Of a DNA stretch of 64,000 nt, positions 51,843 through 64,000 are shown piece by piece (the stretch's first letter is position 1; every line of letters starts with the position of its first letter). The position numbers and the translations under genes are program-made. Origin of the DNA: Leucoraja ocellata (lineage: Eukaryota); NCBI GenBank assembly GCA_036785375.1, contig JAWMAR010000722.1, positions 496,001 through 560,000 of the forward strand, written 5' to 3'. Under the pieces are notes generated by a model, which was not told the origin of the DNA, ran no database searches, and saw nothing but the letters and a program-made list of their open reading frames with translations.

Positions 51843-53947
51843 AGGTCAGTGTAATTCTTTGGTGCAAATAAACAACTTCTACTTTCTAAACTTAGAGTTA
51901 TAGAGTCATAGAGTCATACAGCATGTGAGAAGGCTCTTCATCCCAACTTGCCCAGGCCAACCAAGATGCGCCATCTATACAAGTCCCATCTGCCTGTGTT
52001 TAGCCCATATCCCTCTAAACCCTTCTTATCTATGTACCTGTCCAAATGTCTGTTAAATGTTCTTATGGTACTTGCATCGACCACCTCCTCTGGCAGCATG
52101 TTCCCACCACCATCTATGTGAAGAAGTTGCCCCTCAGGCTCCTATTAAATCTTTAAAGTAGACTGGCCAGGAATTTTTGATTGAAGAGGATCTTCCGGCA
52201 GATGAAATATAGTTGTGGGTTTCGGCCCGAAATGTTGCCTATTTCCTTCGCTCCATAGATGCTGCTGCACCTGCTGAGTTTCTGCAGCATTTTTGTGTAC
52301 CTCCTATTAAATCTTTCCCCACTCACCATGTTCTCTGGTTCTTGATTCCCCTATTTTGGGTAAAGGATTCTGTGCATTCAACATATCTATTCCAGAATAG
52401 ATAGTGTAGATGCACAGTATTTCTTGAGTCAGAATCTGGAATCTGGGACTGTTGTCTGTTGACCAGAGATAGTTAATGGAATGATTAATAATCTATTCAA
52501 CTCCCTTTTTAACAATCCCTGTTCAAATTGTGAAGGGTTTAACAGAGAAGACAGGGTCATCAATGATGAATATTTTAATAAGAGGACCGGATTTTTTTTA
52601 CTAAAGTATGTTGTTTGATCTGAACACGTTACCTGAACGAGTGTTTGGAGCAGCTTAAATAATATTTTCCAAAGGGAATTGGAGAAATTCTTAAGAAACC
52701 ATTTTCAGAGTATTGAGTGGAGTGGATTGGGACAATTTTTTTTCCTGAAAGGAACAATTGGTGAAAGTAGGAACAAAGACCTACAGATGCTGTTTTCATA
52801 AGTTCATAAATGATAGGGGCAGAATTAGGCCCATCAAGTCTACTCCTCCATTCAATCATGGCTGATCTATCTCTCCCTCTTAACCCCATTCTCCTGCCTT
52901 CTCCCCATAACCTCTGACACCTCTTAAATAAAAAGACACACATGCAGCACCGCTGGAGAACATGGATAGGTGACGTTTCGCGTCGGGTCGGAAAATTGTA
53001 TGATTCCTGGAAAACTGAAAATGCAATTATATTTGGAGATTAGAGAGCATTGATAGGAAAGAGATTTCAGATTTGGTGACTATATCCTTTCATTGGAAAT
53101 AAAAGCTATTTGATTTGAACAAGTTTCAACAAGACTGCATGGTCCAAGGGCACGATGGCCTGCAGAGGGGAGATGATTGAGTAATTATCCTTTTAATCAA
53201 GCTTGGTGGCTACAAACGGCTCACATTAATTTTATGTACTTGGTTTCCATATGACTATCATTATTTTCGACACATTTTCTGAAAGAATTACCAAGTTATT
53301 TTATTAGAAAAAAGGTTGTAGTTTATGTGCTCATTTCTCCACTCTATAAAGGGAGGAAAGAACAAAAGGGTTGATTAGATGTGATTAATTGACCGAAGGC
53401 ATGCTGATGCAGGAGAAAGTGACAGGAAAAAAGGAAATGATAAAAAGATGGATGCAGAGAAGGTGACAATGATCACAGGAGCATTGCTGTATGTTTGGAA
53501 AGTCAGGCAAAGGTTGGAAATGCACAATTTACTAGTTTTGATGATATGCCACCTCTTAGTATTTTCAGCATGATATTTCCTTGTGTATTTCATTCCAATT
53601 CTCTCTCCTTCCCCTCTTTTTTGTTATTGCGTATGAATAGGGAGCAGGCAAAAGATACTCAGACCCTCTTGCCTGCTCAGCCATTTTATAACTTCATGGC
53701 TGATCTGTACCAACCAACAGAAAAGAACATTGGAGCACAAGGAATTGCAGATACTGGAATCCTGTGTGAAATACAAAGTACAGGAGCAACTCAGCGGGTC
53801 AGGCGGCGTCTGCGGAGGAAATGGACAGACGCATTTTGGGATGGGACTGTAGAAGGGTCTGAAGAAGGGTCCCAACCTGTAATATTGTCCGTCCATTTCA
53901 ATCATATTTGTTGTTTAAGAAGGAACTGCAGATGCTGGAAAATTGAA

Positions 53948-54098
53948 GGTGCACAAAAATGCTGGAGAAACTCAGCAGGTGCAGCAGCATCTATGGAGCG
54001 AAGGAAATAGACAACGTTTCGGGCCGAAACGTTGCCTATTTCCTTCGCTCCATAGATGCTGCTGCACCCGCTGAGTTTCTCCAGCATTTTTGTGTACC
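53948..54098. repeat. 151-bp near-perfect palindrome of Penelope terminal-repeat arms
   Basis: 75-bp arms around a single G at 54023; three non-Watson-Crick positions by eye. Confidence 0.9.
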
Positions 54099-54178
54099 AT
54101 CGTATTTGCTGCCTGACCCGCTGAATCATTCCAGCACTTTATGCTTTGAGAAAAGAACATTCAATTGCAGCTCTGAAT

Positions 54179-54445
54179 TTAGAGATACAGTGTGGAAACA
54201 GGCCCTTTTTGCCCACGATTCCAGCACATTAACACTATCCTACAAACACTAAGGACAATTTACATTTATACCAAGCCAATTAACCTACAAACCTGGACGC
54301 CTTTGGAGTGTGGGAGGAACCCGAAGATCTCGGAGAAAAACCATACAGGTCAGGAGGAGGAGGTAATACTCCGTACAGACAAGCACCCGTAGTCAGGATC
54401 TGACCCGGAGATCTGACGCTGTAAGGCACCAACTCCTCCGCTGCA
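54179..54445 (-). mobile_element. HE1-like V-SINE
   Basis: Head, V-domain and tail on the minus strand. Confidence 0.8.
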
Positions 54446-55194
54446 TCAACGTTTAAAATGAAGTTCACCCTGGATTCTTTCTGTGGCTTAAAAACTAATT
54501 TTACAACATTTTACTTGGCTGTTAAAATATTTTCTCTTCTTTCATCTTGTTCATTATTTCTAATACAGCTTTGGTTCTGTCTTGTAAATTGTTTTGACCT
54601 CTGCTTCGAACCAACAAAGCACCTCCTCATTATTTGTGTCAGGATGGTTTAAAGATAAGCGGCAACGTGAGCTCATTATTTTAGGTTCTGCGTTGCGGCC
54701 GACCTGCAGTTCAAATGTGATGTGACGATCAAACCGCTCTTTCATCTAACAAGATCAGAGGTTCGAGTGGAAGATGTAGTAGAGAAGGGAGCAAAAACAG
54801 GGGGGGTTACAGGGACTATCCGAAATATCAAAAGAAATGCATCATGACAGTTGCCTGTACTAGACTGATGGCAATCCTTTGCAATCGCCCCCTTGGTTTG
54901 CTTTTCATCTTTTGTGCTTTGATTTTGTGTGTGTGTGTGTACAGTTCTGTTCACACTCTCCAGACACATGAGAAGGTTTTTTTTTAAAATCCTACTTTGT
55001 CCTTTTTATTTACTCTCACATACACAATCACAAACATCCATTCCCCAGTGGGTAATGCAAGCAGCGCTATATGTTTCCACTCGCAGCTTGCATTAATGCA
55101 GTAAGGAGGTCTAAGGTGCTTTGTGGGAACGTTAAACCCGGAACTACATAAGGGTGCATTAAGCATGGTTAAGGAAGTGGAACGTTTAGATTTT

Positions 55195-55506
55195 TTTAGT
55201 TCAGAGATAATGCTAAAGCAAGCCCTTCGGACCACTGAGTCCGCGCTGACCAGCGATCCCCATACACTAGCCCCAACCAACACATTGGGGACAATTTGCG
55301 ATTTTTACCAAAGTCACTTAGCCTACAAACCTGCACGTTTTTGGAGTGTGAGACAAAACCAGAACACCCAGGGAAAACCCATGTGGTCACGTGGAGAACG
55401 TACAACTCTGTACAGACAGCATCCGTAGTCAGGATCGAACTCCAGTGTCTGGCGCTGTAAGGCAGCAACTCTGCCACTGCACCAGCACACCACACCACAC
55501 TGTGCC
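55195..55506 (-). mobile_element. HE1-like V-SINE
   Basis: Head, V-domain and tail on the minus strand. Confidence 0.85.
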
Positions 55507-55914
55507 GACATAAGTTGAACAATTATGCTTGAAAATTGGATGATGTATCCACACTTTTTAGATGTCAAAATCACATTTTTTCCCAAATTTAATCTGGAGT
55601 AAAAAGAAAAGGAACTGTAGATGCTGGTTATAAAACAAAAATACATAAAGTGCTGGAGTAACTCAACAAGTCAGGCAGCATCTCTGGAGAAAATGGATTG
55701 GTAATGTTTTGAGTTGGGACTCTTCTTGAGATTGAAAACCTTCTTCAGTCCTGACCCCAAAACGTCACCTACCCATGTTCTTCAGAGATGCTGCATTACC
55801 CGCTGAGTTACACCAGCACTTCGTATCCTATTTTTACTTTGGAGTAGATTGTGCTGACAATCATTTCAAGGTGAAATTGTACCATCTGCAAAATAATACT
55901 GCCTCTCTACTGTT

Positions 55915-56210
55915 GCCACAGTGGCGCAGTGGTAGAGCTGCTGCCTTACAGCGCCAGAGAAAACCGGGTTTGATCCTGACTACAGATGCTGTCTGTACGG
56001 AGTTAGTACGTTCTCCCCGCGACCGCCTGGGTTTTATCCAGATGCTTTGGTTTCCTCCCACACTCAAAAGATGTGCAGGTTTGGAGGTTAATTTGGCTTC
56101 GGTAAAAATTGTAAATTGTCCTTAGTGCTTAGTGCTAGTGTATGGGTTGATCGGTAGGCAGCGCGGACCTGATGGACTGAAGGGCCTGTTTCCGCACTGT
56201 ATCTAGAAAA
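55915..56210 (+). mobile_element. HE1-like V-SINE
   Basis: cacagtggcgcagtggtagagctgctgccttacagcgccagag head, V-domain. Confidence 0.85.
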
Positions 56211-56711
56211 ATTTAAAGCCTAAAGAACTGGGCACTTAGCTGTGTGATCCATACAAACACTCCTGACATTTGCCAACATTCAATACACCATGATGACATG
56301 GCTGCACTAGCAGCTGGTGTCTTTTGCCAATAAAGGCAGAAATTGGAGCTCAAAGTTCCAAATTGTGATGGTTATGGAATAGTCTCCTTTGAGCGTGAGC
56401 ACATCGCTGGTCTACTTGTTATTTAGTGGACACTGTGCTGGCATGGTGTTATTTCAGAATTGATTGCGAGTCGCACAAATGTATTCTAAAATTCACAGCG
56501 TGCTCCAGAGCTACCAAGGAGTATTTCACACGTCACATATCTGCTGAGCTATTCAGCAGTTCCACTGTTGGCAGCATTGAAGGAGAAACCAAACTGTGTG
56601 GGTCAGTGGTGATGTGGCAGGAAGCAATATCATATCAGTTGCAACTTTTAGAAAATCTCAAGAGACGGTATAACCTACCTGGACCTCACTGATGAATTAT
56701 TAATTCAAAGC

Positions 56712-57150
56712 TGTGTGTAGGATGGAACTGCAGAGGCTGGTTGACACAGAAGTTGGACACAAAATGCTGATTGACTCAGCGGGACAGGCAGCATCTCTGG
56801 AGAAAGGGAATGGGTGCAATTTTGGGTTGAGACCCTTTCTCACACTGAGAGTCAGGGGAGAGGGAGACATAGAGATATGGAAGGGAATGGTGTGAAAGCG
56901 AGAGATCAAGAGATTGAGCGGGAAAGCAAGGGTTAATTGAAGTTAGAGAAGTCAATATTCATACCGCTGGGTTGTAAGCTGCTCAAGCGAAATTTGAGCT
57001 GCTGTTCCTCCACACCTTACCCTTCAAAATCTCTATGCCTCCCTCTCCCCTGACTCTCAGTCTGAAGAAGGGTCTCGACCCGAAATGTCACCCATTCCTT
57101 CTCTCCAGAGATGTTGCCTGATCCGCTGTTACTCCACCATTTTGTGTCTA
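56712..57150. mobile_element. Fold-back Penelope-like fragment with hammerhead core at 57062-57089
   Basis: Minus arm with GIY-YIG end (about 56935-57010), then plus arm CTGAAGA-AGGGTCTCGACCC-GAAA-T-GTC. Confidence 0.75.
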
Positions 57151-57155
57151 CTTTC

Positions 57156-57394
57156 ATAGAAACATAGAAACATAGAAATTAGGTGCAGGAGTAGGCCATT
57201 CGGCCCTTCGAGCCTGCACCGCCATTCAATATGATCATAGCTGATCATCCAACTCAGTATCCCGTACCTGCCTTCTCTCCATACCCCCTGATCCCCTTAG
57301 CCACAAGGGCCACATCTAACTCCCTCTTAAATATAGCCAATGAACTGGCCTCAACTACCCTCTGTGGCAGAGAGTTCCAGAGATTCACCACTCT
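57156..57394 (-). mobile_element. Young CR1 3' end fragment
   Basis: Near identical to 39637-39885, with (ATAGAAAC)n tail. Confidence 0.9.
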
Positions 57395-57639
57395 TTCAAC
57401 GCCAAATGTGGCATTCCGCACCTGTGACTGAATTTCTCTCTCCATCGTCAAGGTCAAAGGGATTCTCAGATTCCTTGCCATCAGATCTGCCCGAGTGACC
57501 ACGTTAGATCTCTTCCGCGTCCCACCATTTTCTGCTAAGCACAAATTCGAACAGGTCACCCAAGGAAGTGATTTTTTTAATCCATCCCCTTTGGCTTCAC
57601 TGAGCAACCAGCGGCACCTCAGAAAATGGGATTTGATGG

Positions 57640-57800
57640 CTTCCCATGAATGCAAAAAAGATATGGATTGCACTCGCCTGTCCAAATGTCCCACGCCAGT
57701 CATTCCTTCTTCTCCTTTGTCCTGCTCGGCAGAAAGTACAGAACCTTGAAAGCACGCATCACCAGACCAAGGAACAGCTTCTTTCCCTCTGTTTGCAGTC
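57640..57800 (+). mobile_element. Rex1-type C-terminal fragment
   Basis: SHASHSFFSFVLLGRKYRTLKARITRPRNSFFPSV. Confidence 0.65.
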
Positions 57801-58356
57801 TGCTATGTCTGAAGGCGACCAGGTTTTCTCATGAGCATGTTGAGCTCCTGACATTATAACCTTTGTATCCTTTCTAGGTAAGGCATTGCAAACCCTCTTA
57901 TCCTTGTGACACTCTTGTAGTCACAGCCTCCCAACCCTGAAAGGACCTGTTTATTTCTACTCCCTGTGTTCTGTCAGCTAACCAATCCTCAATCCGTCCA
58001 AGTATGTTATCCTGCAATACTGTGCAATCTTTATCTCTTTTAATACTCTCTATGTGACAACTTCGTGAAGGCCTCTGAAATATCAAATGCTCCAGATCAA
58101 CTTGTTTGCCCTTGTCTATTCTGCCAGTTACTACCTCAAAATACTTCGAGACTTGTCAAACATGATTTCCCTTTCATAAATCCACAGTGACTCTGAGCAA
58201 TCTTATTATTATTTTCTAGATGCCCTGGTGTTGCTTCTTTAGTAACCGATTTCAGCATGTTTCCCACAGCTGACATGAGACTGACTGATCTGAAGTTCCC
58301 TCTCTTGCCTTTCTATAAGTGTGTTATGTTTGCTGCCTTCCAGTCCTTAGTTGTAA

Positions 58357-58648
58357 TTTAGAGATACAGCACAAAAACAGGCCCTTCAGTCCACTGAGTC
58401 CGCACCAACGTATCACCCCATACACTAGCACTGTCCTACACACTAGGGATAATTTACAATCTTTGCCGAAGCCAATTAACCCACAAACCTGTACGTCTTG
58501 GGAGCGTGGGAGAAAACCGGAGCACCTAGAGAAAACCCACGTGGTCACAGGGAGAATGTACAAACTCCTTACAGATGGAACCCGCAGTCAGGATCGAACG
58601 CTGGTCTCTAGCGCTAGGCAGCACCTCTACCACTGCACCACTGTGCGG
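58357..58648 (-). mobile_element. HE1-like V-SINE inserted in an old CR1 relic (about 57895-58770)
   Basis: SINE motifs; flanks encode IEDWLADRTQGVEIN and related CR1 RT motifs. Confidence 0.8.
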
Positions 58649-60546
58649 CCCCGTCTGACAGTTATTTCAGAATTTATGGAATTTTAGAAGATGACAACCA
58701 GGACCTCCACTATCACCATGGCGACATCCTTCAATTTTCTTGGATGCAAATACTGCAGATCCATCATTGTTAAGTCTCATTAATGTCTCCGCTGCTTGGT
58801 TTTTACTATTTACCTTGAGCTCCTCATTCATTGCAGACATACAATTATTTACTGCTCTCAAAAAGCTTTGTGTCTCTTCCGTGAATTCAAGCAAAAAATA
58901 CACGTTTGATTTCTTGTTAGCTATGGCTTGCCCACTTTTTTACCTTGATATTTGTTTTATGTTGAAGATATATATAAAATACACATAAATCATTGGTGAC
59001 ACCGGTAGACAGATGTGGAGAGGATGTTTCCACTAATGGAAGATTCTGGGACTAGGGGTCATGGCCTCAGAATTAAAGGATGCTCTTTTAGTAAGGTGAT
59101 GAGGAGAAATTTATTTTGTTGGAGGGTGGTGAATCTGTGGAATTCTTTGCCACATAAGGCTGTGGAGGCCAAGTCAGTGGATATTTTTAAGGCAGCGATC
59201 GATTCTTGATTAGTACGGGTGTCAGATGTTATTGGGAGAAGGCAGGAGAATAGGGTTAGAAGGGAAAGATAGGTCAGCCATGATTGAATGGCAAAGTAAA
59301 CTTAGGTCCGAATGGCCTAATTCTACTCCTATCACTTATGACCTTGTGACCTTATGACAGGATGGTGCAGAAAGTGTTACATACATATATATACACATAT
59401 ATATACACACACATACACACTCACAAACGCACACATATGTGCACATAAAAGCAAACAAAAACACACAAAAAAGCACACATAAAAGGACACACAAAAGCAA
59501 ACAAAAACATAATAGTTCAGTAATAACAATAATAGTCTATGTAGCTCAGGGCTTATTGGAGGTTCTAGTGTAGTCATTGATGAGACTACTCAGAGGCATT
59601 CAGTATAGGAGTTGGGATATTCCTGATTACATTTGTACAAGCCATTGGTGAGACCACACTTGGACTATTGTGGCTTGCATTATAATGGGAGTCTCGATAG
59701 TCTGGACAACTTCTTCCTGGAATGTAGGAGACCTTATGGAGGTATGTAAAGTCATGAGGAACATAAATGAGATGGATGGTCACTGCTCATTTTGCAGGTT
59801 AAGAGAGTTTGAAATTAGAGGACATTTAAGGTGAAAAAGGAAAGATTTAAAGGGGACCTGAAGGGCAACGTACATGCCCTGGTGGGATGTGGAACAAGAT
59901 GCCAGAGGAAGTGGTAATGACTGGTACAATCACAATGTTTCAAATATATTTAAACAGGTGTAGATAGGGTATAGATTGGCACAGAGAGGTTAATAGTCAG
60001 AACCTTGTTCCTGGGTGGGAATGTCCAAGACCAGAAGGCAAGGCTTTAAGATGAGAGGTGCAAAGCTTAAAGAAGATGTGCAGGAAAGGATTTTTTACAC
60101 AGAGAGTGGTGGGTGACAGGGGTGGCGGTGGAGGTCGATACGATAGGGGCAATTAAGAGGCTTACAGACAGGCGCATGGATATGCAGTGAATGGAAGGAT
60201 ATGGATCACTTGCAGGAAGAGCAGATTAGTTTAACTTGACACCATGTTCGCCTTGGACACTGTGGGTCGATGGACCCGTTCCTGTACAGTTCTATGTTCT
60301 GTGCCTTATCTATTCATGTGCCTTTCTAGGTGCCTCTTGATTGTGGTGAATGCATCACACCAGCTCCACCAGCATGCCAATCACTCTCTGTTCAAAACAC
60401 TTCCTCGTCACATCCTTTCAAATCTCTTTCCTCTCATCTTAAACCTGTGCCATCCTTTTTTTTTTATACCCGCTATCATGGGAAAGAATACCTACCCTAT
60501 ATACACCTCATGTATTTAATAGAAGGGCAAAAAGGAGCCACAATGA

Positions 60547-60975
60547 TTTTTTTTTTCTTTTGGTTTAAAAAATATATACTTTTATTAGAAGCATATACAT
60601 ATAATAGCAAAACGCGATTTGCTTACCAATTACATATATACAAAGCTTCTATTTTTTAGAAAAAATGTTTTGAAAGATAGAGCTGTAGAGAGAAAAATAA
60701 GTAAGAGAGAGAAAAAAAAGAAATTATAAACTAATTGAGAGGGGAGGGAAAAAACAAAGGAAATTACCAGTAGCACAATTTTGGAGATAGGTCGGTAGAT
60801 TATAAGGTGTCATTATAAGATTCATCCAGTCCTGGACTCAAGTTTCAGTCCGGCTTCCGTGTTGAACCAATTTACCTTTTTAGAAAACCAATAAATGGAG
60901 ACCGTATTCTAGCAAATAGTTCTGATTTATCAATTAAGACAAGTCTAATAAGGTCTCAGACATTTCCGTAATTCA
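60547..60975 (-). mobile_element. L1/Tx1-like LINE 3' end
   Basis: Minus-strand RLVLIDKSELFARIRSPFIGFL resembles L1 ORF2 C-termini (F.KIW.PF); AATAAA followed by an A-rich tail. Confidence 0.55.
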
Positions 60976-61192
60976 CTTTTGTGGCAGAGCATTCCGCTCC
61001 TGGGTGGTAATCTCTCGACATGCCATGTCTTCTAATACATCAGTAGCATCCTGTTACTAGACGAGCAGCTTCACCTTGCTCCTCTAGGACCATGAGCTCC
61101 TCATGGCTACACGCCTGAGATCAATCAGAGCAGCAATTGAACTAGAGGAATGGTTTGCACGTAATTGCTGTCTCCCCGCTCAGACAGACGGC

Positions 61193-61515
61193 ACGTCCTG
61201 GGCCTCCTCCATGGCCAGAGCGAGCAACACCGGAAATTGGAGGAACAGCACCTCATATTCTGCTTGGGGTCTGCATCCTGGGGGCATGAACATTGAATTC
61301 TCCCAATTTTGTTAGCCCTTGCTGTCTCCTCCCCTACCCACCTCTCCCTCAGCCCTCGGGCTCCTCCTCCTCCTTTTTCCTTTCTTCTCCCCGCCCGACC
61401 CCCAACCCCCATCAGTCTGAAGAAGGGTTTCGGCCCGAAACATTGCCTATTTCCTTCGCTCTGTAGATGCTGCTGCACCCGCTAAGTTTTTTCCAGCATT
61501 TTTGTGTTCCTTGAT
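61193..61515 (+). mobile_element. Penelope-like 3' end with hammerhead core at 61417-61444
   Basis: RKLEEQHLIF...PGGMNIEFSQF, pyrimidine tract, CTGAAGA-AGGGTTTCGGCCC-GAAA-C-ATT. Confidence 0.8.
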
Positions 61516-62297
61516 ATCTCCGCTGTCTTCCTTTCGAGCGTCTTGCTTGCCATAGAGTCATGGAGTTATTCAGCATGGAAACAGGCCCTTCAGCCCTACT
61601 AATCCATGCCAGCCAATGCTGACCCCCAGCTAGTGAGATCTGATGGACACAGAAAGGTCTTCTGTGGCCTGTATATGGGCCACCTCTGCCCATTGCCTGA
61701 ACCAGTAGTTGCTGTGTGATGGGATTGGTGTGGACCCCTTACAAAGAAATACACATGACCTTCAGAATGGAGTCCATGGTCTCCCATTGCTGTCGAACCT
61801 CCTGCAAGAACATAGAGCTTAGCTCCTCGATGCTCCTTGTTATCTCCAGTGTTCAGCCAGGCAGTCCTGATGCCCCATTCACCAACTCATTGTCGATATG
61901 CGTCAGTTCCCAAGGCAGGTTAAGAATTAGCATTGCATTCTTAAATATCTAGAAATAAGAATTTGGAAATGCGACCATAAAAATGTTGGATTCTAACAAT
62001 CTTTCCGTCTGTTTAAGGAGAGAAATCTTTTATCCTACATGACATTGGGGTTACGTATGACCCCACGCCCACAATAAGGCAATTGACTCTAAACCACCAT
62101 CTGAAGACATTCAGCTTGTCACTCAGTTATATCCAAGTACTATGGAGTGCTTGAAGTGGTCACAGGGAGAACGTGCAAACTCCATACAGACAGTACCCGA
62201 AGTTAGTATCGAACCTGGGTATCTGGTGATGTGAGGCAGGAACTCTACCATTTGCACCACTGTGCCACCATAACTATGTTCTATAACAAGGGAAATT

Positions 62298-62560
62298 AGA
62301 GTTGCTGCCTTACAGCGCGAGAGCCGGGTTCGATCCTGACTACGGGTGCTGCCTGGACAGAATTTTTATGTTCTCCCTGGGTTTTCTCCGGGTGCTCCAG
62401 TTTCCCCCCACATTCCAAAGACGTGAAAGTTGTAGGTTAATCGGCTTTGGTTAAATTATAAATTGTAGGATTGTGCTAGTGTACAGGGTGATCGCTGATC
62501 GGCGCAGACTCGATGGACGAAGGGCCTGTTTCCGTACTACATCTCCACAGTCTAAAGTAA
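62298..62560 (+). mobile_element. HE1-like V-SINE
   Basis: B box gggttcgatcc, V-domain, tail. Confidence 0.8.
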
Positions 62561-62680
62561 AGAAAAATAAGACATTTTAAGAGTTGTTTTAATTCATGGG
62601 CATTTATCAGCTTGAAGGACATGTTCATCACTATTAAGGCAGTGCATAAAACACAATGTCTGTTCTTATTCTCCCCACAG

Positions 62681-62980
62681 TTGAAGGCCAGCTATCTTTT
62701 GCGACGGACATTTCATCTATTGAGCAAAACCGTGTCTTCGTCATTGTCTGTAAGGCAGAAGGCTGGTATCCTGCACCAGCTATCCTATGGAAAAAAAACA
62801 ACACAACCATTGATTCAAAAATGTACTCCACCACTGTCCATCAGTCTTCAGAAAATCGCTACAATACCTTCAGCACTTTAAACCTTACCCTTAGTGTCAG
62901 CTCTAAGATTACGTGTCTGGCCAACATTAAAGCTCTTCCTCAGCCTAGAACTACTGCGCTATTCATCACAGTGAAGCCAA
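62681..62980 (+). CDS. IGSF5: IGSF5-like, Ig domain 2 exon (300 nt, phase 1-1)
   Basis: VEGQLSF...VIVCKAEGWYPAPAILWKK...STLNLTLSVSSKITCLANIKAL...LFITV with C-W-C Ig core; ttctccccacag acceptor, CAA|GTAAGT donor; in frame with the previous exon. Confidence 0.9.
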
Positions 62981-63249
62981 GTAAGTATAAATGCCTTGTG
63001 TACTGGAGTGAAGCAGGGTTTATTTAATGCCATGATTTACTGATGGGTCACAATTTATATCAAACGCAGTCCGTGAGAAGGTTACAGATAGATGTCATGT
63101 TGGGAGTAATACTGAGCAGGGATGTCTCAATTATTGTAGTAGACTCGTTTGTGGGCTGTGGTGTCCTTGGACCAGGGAAATGAAGAATATTAATTTTTCT
63201 GCAGTGTTTACATGGTGTGGGGGGGACAATAACTAACAGCAATATGGTG

Positions 63250-63530
63250 ACCAGTGGCGCAGTAGTAGAGTTGCTGCCTTACAATGGCAGAGACCCGGGT
63301 TCGAACCTGACTTCGGGTGCTGTCTAAATGGAGTTTGTACGTTTTCACCAGCTGCTCCAATTTCCTCCCACATTCCAAAGATGGACAGCTTTGTAGGTTA
63401 ATTGGATTTGGGAAAAATTGTAAATTGTCCCTAGTGTGTAGCGGAGTGCTAGAGTATGGGGATCGCTGGTCTGCACGGACATGGTGGACTGAAGGGCCTG
63501 TTTCCGTGCTGAATCTCTAAACTAAACTAA
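63250..63530 (+). mobile_element. HE1-like V-SINE
   Basis: Head, B box gggttcgaacc, (taaac)n tail. Confidence 0.8.
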
Positions 63531-64000
63531 CGGCAGAATTAGGTCCATGTTTATCCAAGCCTCCTGCCACCATTTCCCCTCCGAGTTAACAAATAAAAAA
63601 TAGTTTACAGAAGGAACAGGTGTCCACAGTATTAAATTGTGACCTTGTTGACAAAGGAGACATTTGTATAAGGAAAGACACAGATGCTGAAGTGTCTCAG
63701 TGAGTCAGGCAGTATCTCTGGAGAACATGGATAGGTGACGTATCGGGTCAGGACCCTTCTTCGAACTAGCATCTGCAGTTGCCTGTTTCTACAGACAATT
63801 GTAGAAACCTATTTCAGACTTTGGATTGATTTATAATGGATTGTCTATTTAAAGTAAGCTCCACCTCATAATGAGGACAATAGAACCATATTTCTAAAAT
63901 ACACAATTCTAAAACACTAATTGGTGACCATTAATGATTTTGACCCTGATTTTTAATATTCATACTTCAAAGAATTCTGTAACTATTTTAATTGGTACAA

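Noticed and set aside
53495-54010. 171-aa ORF in an IGSF5 intron
   Set aside because: Largely Penelope terminal-repeat sequence; no splice-compatible Ig or transmembrane features.

Overview
Eukaryotic, repeat-dominated genomic DNA from a cartilaginous fish, most likely a skate or ray. This is inferred from the repeat landscape: HE1-type V-SINEs, CR1 LINEs with (ATAGAAAC)n tails and abundant Penelope fragments. The one host gene I can identify is an IGSF5/JAM4-like immunoglobulin-superfamily gene on the + strand. It has a signal-peptide exon (45659-45704), an Ig domain 1 exon (51102-51416) and an Ig domain 2 exon (62681-62980), all joined by phase-1 introns; the rest of the gene lies beyond the window. 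A CpG-island promoter with a minus-strand non-coding first exon (about 2250-2330) belongs to a second, unidentified gene running out of the left edge. Nearly all other long ORFs are transposon-derived: two young CR1 LINEs, a Tc1 element with a deleted catalytic Asp, RTE, Rex1 and L1 relics, a solo LTR, a hAT MITE and many SINEs. The most interesting pattern is about 20 copies of a minimal hammerhead-ribozyme core (CTGAAGA-stem II-GAAAC-GTC) carried by Penelope-like (GIY-YIG) retroelement ends, many arranged as long fold-back hairpins. One Penelope insertion has duplicated the IGSF5 Ig1-exon splice donor. All assignments come from reading the sequence by eye, and repeat boundaries are approximate unless a TSD or TIR is quoted.
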